64,000 nucleotides of DNA, from the NCBI RefSeq assembly GCF_036321535.1, contig NC_087459.1:28830001-28894000 (forward strand), given 5' to 3'. Of the stretch, positions 1-33,322 are shown piece after piece. Each line of letters begins with the position of its first letter. Within the stretch, counting starts at the first letter, position 1. The position numbers were made by a program, and so were the translations under genes. Under the pieces are notes generated by a model. The model worked only from the letters and a program-made list of their open reading frames with translations. It did not search any database and was not told the DNA's origin. Origin of the DNA: Camelus dromedarius. Lineage: Eukaryota.

Positions 1-59
1 CTTCTTCTTGAATATTGCTTAAATCTGTCCTTTCTACTGTCTGTCAACTGCTATTACCT

Positions 60-370
60 TGGTTATTGCCTATTACCTGGCCTTTTAGGATAGTCTCTCT
101 CTAGTCAACCTACCAAATAGCTGCCAGAGGTATCTTTCTAAATTGCAAGTTGAATCTCATAATTTTGCTGTTCAAAACCATGCAGTAGTCCCCTGTCAAT
201 TCCATAAGAAGGGCCAAACTTCTTTGCAAGACACACAGGCTGGGTCTTGTCCCCTCTGCTAAGAATGCCTTCCACCCACACTCCAATGCACCTTCCTTGT
301 CAGCTGGGAACATTTTCATTTTCTCAGTCTTAGTGTAAATATTGCCTCCCTGACTACACTGTTGTTCGTG
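60..370. mobile_element. L2 LINE fragment
   Basis: L2-like text 'ctgccagaggtatctttctaaattgcaagttgaatctcat...ttcaaaacc'; boundaries approximate. Confidence 0.5.
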
Positions 371-834
371 CCCCACTGCAATTCTGTCTCCATTCCTGCT
401 GCAGCCTTTACTGGACTGTTTCTTTCTGGGCACTTGCTACCTGCACTAGGGGTTCCCTGGGAAGCCAGGGCACTTGGTTTGTCTGGCAGAGGTCTGGGTG
501 ACAGCTCACCAAGCAATGAACAGACCCTCAAAAGATGCCAAATCATATCCAAGGTGTGGTATCTGAGGGTCATGGCCCTGCCACCTTCGACATCATTACC
601 AGGTGCTCAAGGTTTGACCAATGGGAGAACCTCCAGATGACTTTATTGGGCTTATTGTTCAATCTTCCAAGATAGACATTAAATTCAATAAGAGTCCCAT
701 CAAATTATATGCCATTTTATCCCCAGTGCCTATCAGGCACCTAGACAACATCTGTGAAATGAATCGAAGCAACGTTTCCCCCAGAAAATCAACGTTTTCA
801 CATGCCACAGTTCAAATCTCCTCTCTGTCCCTTA

Positions 835-1005
835 CCAGCTGAGTGACCTTGGGCAAGTCACTTAACCTTTCCGTGCCTCTGTTTCCACTGCAAAATGGGG
901 ATGATAATCGGATCATTATGAGGACTAAATTACTTAATATTTATAAAGTATTTATATCAGTGCCTGGTACATAGCAGATGCTTTGTGTCTGCTAAACAAA
1001 AGTAG
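835..1005. mobile_element. MIR SINE
   Basis: MIR core 'gtgaccttgggcaagtcacttaacct...tgcctctgtttcc...aaaatggggatgataat'. Confidence 0.8.
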
Positions 1006-1039
1006 GGTTCTGGCATGAATGAGTCAGTCTTTGACTATT

Positions 1040-1445
1040 TTTCCAGTCATATCTCCCCTTGACACTGGTCTCTGCCATCAGCTCATATCCAACTCTCCTT
1101 CTGGACTGAACTCCTATTTCCTCATAATGCTAGAAATGCCCATTCCTCTAGACCTTTGCTCACCCTCTTCTCTGTGTGGAAGACCTTTCCCATCTTGCTC
1201 ACTGGTAAACCCCTATTCATCCTTCACAATACAGCTCAAACTTCACTGGACTCTCAGAGACAGGTAGCCCCTCCCTACCCTGAGCCTCCATTTCATCCCA
1301 CTTTTACGTATGTCTCCGCTCCCCACTGCACCAAAACTCCTTGAGAGCAGGAATACATCTTATGCACCTTAGTATTCCCATACCTTGTACAATGCCTGGC
1401 ACACCGTATTCATAAAAGATGTTTGAATCAATAAGTGGATGAGTG
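1040..1445. mobile_element. L2 3' end fragment
   Basis: 'gagcaggaatacatctt...tgcctggcaca...gtttgaatcaataagtggatgag', typical L2 tail. Confidence 0.6.
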
Positions 1446-2589
1446 AAATATCTTAATAAACTTTATCTTAACCACTTCCATCATGACAGATCCTATGACA
1501 AATGAAAACTGGCCACAGTTGACTGGGAGGTAAATCAAATCTAGTCCTGTATTAGCTGACTGTAGCTTTTCCACCAACCATGAGCAGGGAAAAAAAATCA
1601 CTTTACCTGAGAGACTCCAGATTTCTATGAACATTTTCTTAATTATAAATTAATTATACAAATTAATCATAAATTAATAATAATATTAAAGCCTCAAAGA
1701 TGCCACAGGGATTTTCTTAGGACCTGATGTTTGCTGAATAATCCTGTGTGCCCAGCTTATAGCCAGAGCTTGATTCTGGCGTCAGACTGAGTCCTCATCA
1801 CCAGCTCTCCTACTGATGGGGACAGTGAAGCTTGGAGAGGGGCACAGAGGTGTTATGAAACAAGGTCATCTGTCAGCTGGCTGATGAGAGATATGAGTTC
1901 TAGTCCTGGCTCTGCCCCCATGGGTTGTGTGACCCAAGACAGGGCCCTGCCTCTCTATCTGGAGAAATCCCTATAAATTCTAGGAGTTAGATCCATGATC
2001 AGTAAGGTTTCTCCTGACTAGGGCAGTTTCTGAATCTGACATCCTGACTGGCATGTGGGAGAGAGCAATGGGAACTGAGAAGGTGAACTTACAGGGGAAG
2101 TGAAGCAACATCATTCAATGTTAGCAAAAGGCAAGATGCAGGCCAGGAATAGAATCACTTTCACCTACAGCGTCCCTTTGATCCTCACCTCTGCATTTTG
2201 AGAGATGAAGACATGAATGCACCGGCTCATCCAATTCATCCAGGCCTCAGTTTATAGAGGTCAATGACTGATCTAGGGTCACCTTGAAATATTTCAATTT
2301 CCCAGCTCCAGAGTCAGCTCTCTCTCCTACAATTCCCCTCCCACTGAAGCTTCCTGTCTGGGGAGATGGGCCTACACTCAGAACCAACCCTGGGCATGTG
2401 AAATGCCACTGCTGTAACAGATGTGCCAGCTCCAACCATCTGTCCTTTGGCTGGGGAAGGGTGGAGTCTCTTCCAGAGTGGGTATCTGGTGAGCAGAGAA
2501 TCTTCAGGGGCATTTGGCCATCACAGAGTACCCTCTTCCTCTGCTGTCTCTGATCTTAATGCTCCCCCACCCCCAAACAAGTAGGTGGG

Positions 2590-2940
2590 AGTGCCCCCAA
2601 CACGCACATATTCATATGCACATATATGCATATGAACACATATGCTGACACAAACACATACATACAGGCACACATCTACACACATGCTCACATAAGAGTC
2701 TCTCAGCTATGCCAGGCTGTCAAAGCAGCTCTTTCCTTTTTGCTATCAAAACTGTTGTGAAGGTGGCCTCATGCCAGGAGCCCAGAAGAACCTAGGAGCC
2801 TACTCGTAGAAAACCCACTTGCTCGATAAATAACTTGTGAGAATAGAGGAAAAGAGAAGGAGAGAGAAAGGAAGCTAAAGCTGATTAGCTGAGCACCATG
2901 TGTGAACGTGTGTACATGTGTGTACACGTGTATATGTATA
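2590..2940. repeat. Two imperfect purine-pyrimidine simple repeats: (CA/TA)n ~2590-2690 and (TG/TA)n ~2898-2940
   Basis: Direct reading; opposite orientations, upstream of ACTL6B. Confidence 0.7.
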
Positions 2941-3289
2941 AGGCTCAGGCACCAGGGGATGAGCGAGGAAAAGAGGGGCCATCAGAAAGACAAAGGTGGA
3001 AACAAACAGGGAGACACACCCTATCCTGGACCTCTCCCTCTCTTTCTTCCCTTCCTTCCCTCCCCAGTGATTTCATTCAGTCCTGGATATGGCTAAACCG
3101 TGCTCAGGAGCCTGAGAAGGGACAGCTCTCCGTGACTATGGCGCCCTCTCCTCTATCCTATTCTAAAAAGTAGGGAGCCGGGGCCCCATCGGTCATCCTG
3201 CAGAGTCCTGGTCTCCGGATGGACAAGGTCTCTATCTCTTGCGTACTCCTGCTCTCTGCCTGCCTATCCCTTAGAGCTGACCTCGAGGT

Positions 3290-3535
3290 CTTTGCTCCAG
3301 CCAATCCGCTCCCCGCCGCCTGAGGTTGAGGTGTCTGCCCCTTTAAAGCAGCTGCCCCCGGCCAGGTTATTGTCTCGCCTCTCAGCCAATCGGCGGAGCC
3401 GTTGGGGGCGGGGGATCCGGGCTCCCGATTGGCCGCCCCGCGCCCCGCCCCGCCTGGGATCGCGGGAGCTGTCCGGCCGCCCCGGTGCTGATCCCGCCGA
3501 CGCCCACGGGCCGCGAGCAGCGCTGAGAGGGCACT
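3290..3535 (+). promoter_or_regulatory. ACTL6B CpG-island promoter/5' UTR
   Basis: CCAAT at 3301-3305 and 3386-3390, ATTGG at 3428-3432, TTTAAA at 3342-3347, GC boxes near 3435-3452, high CpG density. Confidence 0.75.
3465..3492 (-). promoter_or_regulatory. Expanded (non-canonical) RE1/NRSE element
   Basis: Minus strand ATCAGCACC-GGGGCGGCC-GGACAGCTCC: both REST half-sites in correct order with a 9-nt spacer instead of 2. Confidence 0.7.
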
Positions 3536-13637
<10,102 letters not shown>

Positions 13638-13828
13638 GCGCGCCCCCTCCCCACCCGCAGGCCTGCCTGCCTGCCTGCCGCGGTGGGGGAGGGGACGCGA
13701 AAGGCTGAAGAGGGTTTCCCCCGCCTGTACTCCGCAAGCGCAGATCGAAGTCCCCAACGCTCCCATCGCCCCCTTTTCTTCCCCTTCCCACTCGTCCTCT
13801 TAGATTGTGATGTTTCTGGGTTAAAAGG

Positions 13829-13850
13829 AGTAAAAATGTTTTAAGATAAA
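13829..13850 (+). terminator. Variant polyadenylation signals for ACTL6B (AGTAAA, GATAAA)
   Basis: AGTAAA at 13829-13834 and GATAAA at 13845-13850, followed by GT-rich sequence; I found no AATAAA between the stop codon and this site. Confidence 0.45.
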
Positions 13851-15099
13851 AAAAAAGTTTGGTCTCTTTGAGGGTGGGCAGTTGGGGCAGGGCTCTGGAG
13901 GGAAGAGAAGGGAGGATCACACCTACATCCATTCGGAATCGCCCGGTGGACGCCAGGGCAAGGTCTGCGGGCTGGGACAGAGCCGCAGGAGCCACGGTTG
14001 CCTCAGGTTTCAAAGGGAGGATCGGGCAGCGCGAACGGGTAGAGCCGTTCAATAAGGCCCCTTGCGAGGAACCGAGCTGGGGCGGGATATGAGTGCGGGA
14101 GGGAGGATGGGGCAGCTGGGACTGGACGGAGCTGAAGGCCAGCCTTAGAGGCGGGGCCTGCGCGGGGCTGGAGTTGGGATCTGGCGTGGGCGGGGCCTCG
14201 GGCTTCGGCGAGGCCGCACCTAAGCACCCCCGGACCCACAGCTCAGGTGAGCCGGGACTGCGCTGTCTTTTCCCAGGGCTAGGCAGTGACAAAGTAGGGA
14301 GGGAACTAGGGCACTGGTGCCCCGGCAACTCAGAACTTCTCTCCCAACTTGGGTAGGAACCGAGGTTTGCCAGGGAGACCCGACACCCGGCCCTTGAACC
14401 CTTCTATTCTAGAGCCACTTGCCCTAGGGTCTTCCAAGGGGCTTAGGGACCTGCGCTCCCTGCCTGAAATTGTACGTAAAACTTAGCAGTTTGTGCCTGT
14501 GATGTGTTCTGAGGTCCCCAGACCCCAAAGAAGTAGAAACCCATTGGTCCAAGTCCTTTGGTCACCAAAGAGGCACAGGTGCTCAGAGAGGACCATGACT
14601 TGTCCAGCGTTACCCAGCTCTGCCCACGCCTTGGCCAGGACTCTTTCCACCCATGGCTGGTGGGCCCTGACCTACAGAGATCCCTGACTCCAGGCAGGAC
14701 CCCCTTCCTGGAGTACTCATTGACCCTGCCTGACCATGTGCTCCCTCCCACCCATGAACTTCCCTTCCCAGCAGCCAGCAGGAGCCTGGACCCCCTTTTC
14801 AGCCAGATTCCAATAGGACAGACACCCACATGGCCAGACCAAACTCCAGGCCACACTACTGTGGCCCCTTCAGCTAGAAACTGCACAGGGCCTGGAGTCC
14901 AGAGAGGGAAGAGCTAACATTTTACAGGGCTTGGGTACTGGGGATCCTGCAAGCCAGATGAGGAAGGGGCAGAGATGTTCATAGTGGAGCGCTTAGGAAC
15001 GGGTCCCCAAGGGCCCCGGGAGGGGAGGAAGCAGGAGGAGGGAGGGGGCATCCATATCTCTGCCCTGATCAGCCATGAGCCCTCCTCCCCCACCATTGT

Positions 15100-15407
15100 C
15101 GGGAACTAGAGGCCAAAGTCTGCCCCAAGGTCAAAAAATTGATTGTTTTGCAGGAAGGGGGCAGGAGTGGGACCGTGGAGGGATTGGCAGGGAGGCACAG
15201 TCCCTCGTCCTCTAGCCTGGGCTGGGGGGCCACGTCTGGAAGGCTGTACTGAAGCCAGGACTGTGCCCCCACCCTGGGAGGGAGGAGGTGAGGAAGGGCC
15301 TGGGCTCAGGCTGCCTGCCAGGGCTGATAAGGGGCCTCTCAGGGCTCCCACAAACGGTTTATCACTGTAGGGGAGACAGCCTGCAGGGCTCAGGAGGGGG
15401 GACGAGC
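15100..15407 (+). promoter_or_regulatory. TFR2 proximal promoter
   Basis: HNF4-like DR1 AGGCCAAAGTCT 15110-15121, NR5A/ERR-type CCAAGGTCA 15125-15133, CACCC box 15267-15274, GATA sites TGATAA 15325-15330 and TTATCA 15359-15364. Confidence 0.65.
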
Positions 15408-26718
<11,311 letters not shown>

Positions 26719-27138
26719 GGCCCCCACGTGGCCCTGACCCCTGCTGAGAGTACCTGCTCTTCTCCCTTGAGTGATTTCTGGATGATGGAGATGCCCGTGC
26801 ACCTCCCATTGCTGACTCATTTCTTATTAGCCCTTATGGTCCCTCCATGGGGCCCAGCGATGACGCCAGCGCAGACACCCACACACCCCTGGCCCTGGAA
26901 TGTCGGTGAGCAGTGGGATGGTCATACTGTCAGATAATCAGAGAGCAGCTCCACTCCCTCAATCAGAGCCCCTTCCTCTTCAGGATCGGGGGGTTCCCCC
27001 AATACCCAGCTAGAGACCACTTTGGAAGGTTTCATAGGGCCTGGGACCTGGCTAGCCTTCTTGGTGGGAAAGATGGCTGGAACCATAGCCCCTGATCAAC
27101 GCATAGCCTGTGGTGGGAAGGGCTGGGATTTGGACCTC

Positions 27139-27144
27139 AATAAA
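27139..27144 (+). terminator. TFR2 polyA signal AATAAA
   Basis: First AATAAA after the stop (~420 nt downstream), followed by T/GT-rich sequence. Confidence 0.8.
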
Positions 27145-28349
27145 CCACCTTGTGCCACCTGTTGTTTACAAGCAGTTTTATGTGTCTTCCTCATCCTCAC
27201 CTCACCCAGTTATCCCTCCCTTAAGACCTTGGGAAGTGTTGGGCAGAAGGGACCAGAGAGGATGCAAGTGAGAATGCTGTCCCCACAGGGAAAAAAAGCT
27301 GTTCCTGTTACCTAAAGACCTAAGGAAACTGAGGAAATTAGGAGGGCCCTTCTCCAAAGACCACCATGGGGTGGGAGGCTGGCTCTGTACCTTCTCCTGA
27401 GACCAGGGATGGCTACATAATTTGCAAGGCCTGGTACAACATGAAAAATGCAGGGTTTCTTGTTCAAAAACAAGAACAAAGCTTTTTTCTTTCTTCCACT
27501 GTCTCTCAACTTGTCCTGGTGGTTTTTAATTTGTTATTTAAGGGCCAGAACCCTCAGACAAGGAAATAACCCAGAGGCACTCAGGGTTCTGCCCCTCACC
27601 TTGGTACAGATAGCACATGTGTCCAACCTGGACCCAGATCCAGACCCGGATCCTCCCTGTGTCTGTGCCCAGGTCCCTGCTGGGGAAGGAGGATGGCAGC
27701 TGTGGTTGGGTAGGGGCAGGGAGCTGACAGGTGAGAACCCATCCAGGTGAGGCAGGACCCCCAGCACATGCTCCAATGTCTCATCAGACTATACTGCCAA
27801 AACATAAGTATGAAGGTAAAATCATTAAAAATTTCAAGACAGAGGCTGCAGAGTATTAACTCTCAAGCACAAGGCCCCCTACTTTGGTTACACAGTCATT
27901 AGATTGACCCAGCCTGGAACCTCTCTCGCCCACAGGGACCCTTTGGCCAGTCTTTGCCCAGTGAGGTGGAAGCTGCAGGAAAGCAGGGAATTACAGGTGC
28001 TGCTGGTACTGCTTTCCTTTTAATCATAGTCTCAGGAGGCTGCAGCCCTGATTCTCACTTCCTGGCAGCTGCATAAATCCTAGGGTTCCTCAGTCCTCTC
28101 GTACGGTGTGACAGGTCCTAGCCCGCTCCTCAGGATGCTGGGAAGAGAAGGTTTCTTAGTTATGGATGCTGCTGCATTCCAGGATGAAACTGCCCCCTCC
28201 TTACCCCTTTGAGTCTGACTTGGTGGGTTCTCAGGAGCCTGGACTGAGGGTCAGAAGCCTCCTTGGCTCTTTGTTTCTCTGATATGCTGTCCAGCACAAA
28301 TTCTCTGAAGTCATTTCTCAACCCTTCTCCACCTTGTCCATTTGCTCCC

Positions 28350-29305
28350 TGTAGTATACAGAGTAAAGTTCTGGACAAAGAGATCCACATCCCAATCCCT
28401 GAAATCTGAGTGAATGTTACCTTAAATGNNNNNNNNNNNNNNNNNNNNNNNNNNNNNNNNNNNNNNNNNNNNNNNNNNNNNNNNNNNNNNNNNNNNNNNN
28501 NNNNNNNNNNNNNNNNNNNNNNNNNNNNNNNNNNNNNNNNNNNNNNNNNNNNNNNNNNNNNNNNNNNNNNNNNNNNNNNNNNNNGTCTCATAGTGGGCCT
28601 AATCCAGTCTGACTGGTGTCCTTACAAGAAGAGAAAAATTGGATGCAAAGAGAAACAACAGGGAAGTGTGTGCAGAGGGGAAAGACTACGAGAGGACATA
28701 GGGAGAAAGGGACTATCTGCAAGCCAAGGAGAGAGCCTTCAGGAAAAATCAAACTCGCTGACACCTTGATCTAGGACACTAGCCTTCAGACCTGTGAGGA
28801 AATTAATTTCTGTTTTTTTAAGCCAATGAGTCTGTGTCAACCTTAGCAAACTAACACAGGCTGATTATCCTGGATTGCAGGCGTGGGGGAGGTCATCACT
28901 AGGGTTCTTATTAAAGGAGGCAGGAGGATCAGAGACAGAGAAAGGAGATGTGACAACAGAAGCAAAGGGTCAGAGTCAGAGAGAAATTTGCAGATGCTAC
29001 ACACCTTTTTTTTTTTTAAGTGACTCAACACAACGATCATTTGTTATTTCCATGCTTGGCTTTAAAGATGAAGGAAGGGGTCATGACCCAAGGAATGCAG
29101 ATGGCCTCCACAAGCTGGAAAAGTCAAGGAAACATTCTCCCCTAGGTGCCTCCAGAAGGAACCAGCCCTGTTGACACCTTGATTTCATCCCCAGAAGACT
29201 CATTTTGGAGTTCAGACCCCTAGAACTGTAAGAGGATTAATTTATGTAGTTTTAAGCCACCAGTCTGTGATAAACAGTTATGCAGACACAGGAAGCTAAT
29301 ACCCA
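28350..29305 (+). mobile_element. MaLR LTRs (MLT1D-like, interrupted by a second MLT1-type LTR)
   Basis: 'aatccctgaaatc..gaatgttacctta' at the 5' end; inserted LTR 3' part 28585-28858 ('ctgacaccttgatct...ttctgttttttaagcca'); MLT1D-like body resumes at 'gattatcctggatt' 28862 and ends 'gctaatac' near 29300. Confidence 0.7.
28429..28584. other. N-run (156 nt) within MLT1 LTRs
   Basis: Unresolved bases. Confidence 1.
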
Positions 29306-29459
29306 CACATCCAACTACTTGCAAGCTCAGTACTGTTTTCTAACAAATTTACTTATTAAAAAAAAATCTGTGTCCCAAGTCCCCTGCCACCCCCACCAGT
29401 AGCTGCCCCTACATAGCTTTGTTTCAGGAAGCCTCCTGATTCCACTGGCAACAAGGCCT

Positions 29460-30270
29460 TTTCACAGCAAATACTGTTAGCGGATGGAGGGACTCCTAAA
29501 TTAGGAGGCCCACCAAAGTGAGTGTCCTTGCTGCCAACTGCAAAAGAATTCACACAGCGGAGGCAGACGGATGAAATGAACAGCCGCTTTATTGCTCAGA
29601 AAGGGAAATGGAAAGTGCTCATGTCGGGAGAAGGGAAGTAAAGCTCTTGAGTGAGGAAGAGGTGCTCAAGCAGGGGAGCCATCAGCCAAGATGGGTGGTG
29701 GTTGTCATGGCAATCGTCAACTGTCATGGCGCTGATGGGTGTGTCACTTAGCATGCTAATACATAACAATGAGCGAATAATGAGGCTCAAGGTCCACTGA
29801 AGTCAAATCCTCCACCATCTTGGACTGGGTGGGTTCTAACCAGTTCTTGTTTCTTCTCTGCTGCTGCCTCCTGAGACTTAGATAAGACTAATTAATTCCT
29901 ATTTGAGGGAGGAGCAGGGCTATAATCCTGAGGACAACAGCCTTGGTAACAAAAAGGAAAGTTGCTTTTAATCAGAATGCCTGCAATCTGGTGGGCCCAG
30001 CATCCTCTCAAAAAAACATCTCCAAAAATTTTGTCCAGCCGTGAGTTTTAAAGGACAATGAAGGAATAATCTCAGTTACTCATTGAGATAGGTGGTCAGA
30101 GTCGTCGCCATACCCCAGTGCCTGCCGACTTGTCCTCATCAACTGCTTGAGCCCGCTCTTCTGTAACTCGGGGAGGCCTGGGAGACTTCAGCTCTTCTAT
30201 AAACAAGAGACGAGGCTGGGACGGGGGGTTCAAAGGGTCCTGCTCCCTTTCAATACCAGCAAAATCTCTC
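29460..30270 (-). mobile_element. ERV (MER4-group-like) LTR sequence(s)
   Basis: 'gcatgctaatacataacaatgagc...ccatcttggactgggtgggttctaacc' and 'taactcggggaggcctgggagac...ttctataaacaagag...agggtcctgctc'; TTTATT near 29588. Subfamily not assigned. Confidence 0.55.
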
Positions 30271-31269
30271 ATGTGTGATACCTCAAGTACCTTTTTGGGA
30301 TCCCGGGCACAGCCAGCCCAGTGTGAATGGTTAGCACTCAGACACACTAATTTGGTGAGGGGTTTGCTGGGCAGTGGAGAGAGCCCTCCTCACTTCCCAG
30401 ACACAGGCTGCAGAGCCATTCTCTGCCCACTGGGGCCAGCAAGGGTGTGGGAGGGACAAGACTTCCAGGGCAGTGAGGCAGCTCCCAAGGCCCCTGAAGT
30501 AAGCTGGAGCGACTGATAACCTTCCAGCAGCATAACAGACTGAGTCTGCCTTAATGTTATCTTGCTGATTTTTGTCCCCAATCCACAATCTGCCAGTCAC
30601 TGGCTGCCCTTCTTCCTTTCCTCCCGTTTGCCCTGCATGTGAAGGAGAGCTGGAAGCCTGCCTTTCAAGGAGCCTATTCTTTGCCTTTGCCTTAATTGCT
30701 CCTGCCCGGTGAGGCTGAGGTTATGTCAGGCAGTGCCATTTCCCCCTCATCTTGGCAGGGGCCTTGGTGTTTTGGACCCACAGGGGTTGAAGTCAAAGGA
30801 TGAGACAAAATAAAAGCAGATGAAGGGACAAAAGGCAGAAGAGGATTCTGGGGATGGGAAGCCTCCAGGCAACCCTGGCAAGAGGCTCTGATGGCTCAAG
30901 ACCATGAGACCTGAGTTCTATAGCAGGTGGCAGCAGGTGGTATTTGTTTGTTTCTTTTTAGCTTAGGTCTGCTGGCTTTGCGACAGGACCCTATCCCTAG
31001 GGGGTAGGGCTAAGGGAGATCTTAAAAATCAACTTTCCCAATTCCCTCCTTTTAGAGGCAGAAACTGAAGCTCAGAAGAATTTAAATAACTTCCTCAAGA
31101 TCACATTTTTTTTTCAGTGCAGCCCCAGGCCCAGGACCCAGTTCTTCTTAACCCTCCCTGGGCCTCTTCACTGTCCCAGGTGCTGGGTCCCCTGGGAGTA
31201 GGAGGAACTGGAGAAAAGAAGTAGGAAGAAAGGGACATTTCCCTACAATTCTCAGTTCAATTTTACAAA

Positions 31270-31280
31270 TTTATTTTATT
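31270..31280 (-). terminator. MOSPD3 polyA signals (two overlapping AATAAA)
   Basis: TTTATT at 31270-31275 and 31275-31280 on +, ~170 nt after the stop. Confidence 0.8.
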
Positions 31281-31447
31281 CAACTTGGAAAATGAATACA
31301 AATCCCTGGGTTTTGGGGGTGGGGTAAGGGCAGGAAGGAGGAAGAAGGAAGCAGGAGCTGAGGCAAGGTTATGAGCATCACAGTGGCTGTCTCATGTCCA
31401 GGTCCATGTCCCTGCCCAGGGAGGGGGCTGGAGGTTAAGCTTGGAGC

Positions 31448-33322
31448 TCAGGTCCGGAGGAACACCATGGTCAGGAGGCCTGGATGGGAAGAAAGAGCAA
31501 GGTTGTATGTGCAGCCCAGGGGCTCTGTGAGCTTTCTTTCCAGCCACCACTCCCCTCTCTCTCTGGGGCTGGATCCCCTGCCACCCTGCCACCACTGTGC
31601 TTACCCAAGACGTAGGCTGCCACCAACTTTTGTCCCAGGGAGACGTGCAGGATTTGGGGCAGCTGGCTGCCGAGTTCATCCTGGAGCGGGAGAAGCAGGA
31701 AGGCCACAGAGACTATGCCCGTCAGCAAGAAGAGGAGGAAGGAGCTGGTGGCTAGTTGAGGGTGGGGATCTGGGAAAAAAAGGCCCATCAGAAGCCAGCC
31801 CCAACTCCTGTCCAGCCCAAGGCCCTCCAGGGAGGAGGCTGAGGATGGAAGGTGTACCCACTTATTATTGGACACAGGTGGTGTCCTCTCCTCCCTGGAG
31901 CCTCTGTCCTCACAGCCACAAGAAACCCTCTTCCCTTTTGTCCCTCAGCATCTTTTCTCTTTCTTCACTCTGCCCTGATTACTGGCTCCTGTGTACCAAC
32001 CTGTCAGGCAGGGACCTCTGTCTTCCATATATACACACACCTTGGTACAGCATCATGGCTCAATACAGGTTTTTTATTGGGCTGAACTGAGCTGACTTCA
32101 GGGAAGTCATGAAGTCAGAGCTAAGGGGGGAATTTTCCCTCAAGTGGAAGCCAGAAACCAAGGAAACTGCAAAGTCTGCTTTTTTCCATAACCTGATATA
32201 AAAATCTCAACTTCTAGGAATGTTTTCATCCAAACACAAAGAACTGAACCAGATTTCTTCAACTCGAGTGGAGCTCATCTCTAGCATCATGCTAGGTCCT
32301 CCCTCCGTTAGGCTAGGTCCTCCCTCCAGGCATAACTCAAGAATTCCCATGCCCAAACTCACTTTCTGGGAAGTGTTGGGCCGTGGGTGGTGCTGTCCAG
32401 GAAGGAGGCCCTGGGTGGGGTGTTGGGTCAGGCTGTCCCTGAAGCTTAAGGGGGTATGCAGGGGCCCTCAGAACCGAGGTGATGTCCTTGCGCCCCACCA
32501 CACGGCCCTCTGTTCCCTCCTCAGACAGCTCAATGCGGAAGCGGTCCTGGACGTCATAATGGCTGGGATTAGGGGCCACGTGGCGAATCACACTGGTCCC
32601 AAAGAAAGGAGAGAGGCCCATTGAGGGGCAGTGAGTGAGAGGCAGTGATCCAAGTGGATCCAGGTCCCACTCCCAGGAAATTTTCCCTTAAGGACGCAGA
32701 CAGAGGGTGGGGAAAATAGGTTGAAGAGGACCGGGTCTCAGACTTAAGACCACAGCACAGTAATTCAGAGAAAGGTGGCAGCGACCCCTGGCTTCCATCA
32801 GCCTCCCCACGCTTCCATCAGCCTCCCCACCCTTCCAACTCACATGTCAATGCAGGATTGAGGCTTCACATATCCTTCCGCGTCAAACACTGTGTATTTG
32901 GCAGGTGCTGTGCACAGGACTGGAAAGGAAAAGACACACATAGACCGACTATTGCCTCAGAGACCCTGCACAATCCCCGTCCCTGAAGTCCCCCTTGCCT
33001 TCTACCCCAGGGCTGGACATCCGACCATACTCATCTGACTGCTCCAGCCCACACAAGCTCCCCAATGTTCTGTCGCCAGTCCCCAGATCCCTAGCACGAG
33101 GCGCCCATCCCCTTCACCTCGGAAGCGAAGCGCTGCTCCCGTGGGGTTATAGAGGGTCAGCAGCTGCCGGGGTCCGCTCCGCTGGTCCGCCCTGAATACT
33201 AGATCCGGGGGAAAGACGAGAACCGGGACAACAGGTCCCGAGAGAGGAGGGGCGCCCCGGGACCCCCGCCCAGGAGCCCCCGAACCCACCAGCTCCTGGT
33301 CCTGGGGCGCCCCACGGCGCAT
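31448..33322 (-). CDS. MOSPD3: Motile sperm domain-containing 3; MSP domain plus C-terminal hydrophobic segments; 5 exons, 235 aa
   Basis: Exons 33322-33118, 32919-32844, 32592-32363, 31769-31605, 31479-31448; sum 708 nt, GT-AG; [13 protein letters not shown]...LLTMVFLRT*. Confidence 0.97.
32791..32830. repeat. Perfect 20-bp tandem duplication (GCTTCCATCAGCCTCCCCAC)x2
   Basis: Direct reading; MOSPD3 intron 2. Confidence 0.95.

Noticed and set aside
3095-3132. Second RE1-like sequence upstream of ACTL6B (GGACAGCTCT)
   Set aside because: Only the right half-site is present; no TCAGCACC at a plausible spacing.
26719-27145. Possible iron-responsive element in the TFR2 3' UTR (CAGTGG near 26911)
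   Set aside because: The flanks do not form the IRE stem or C-bulge; consistent with TFR2 lacking IREs.
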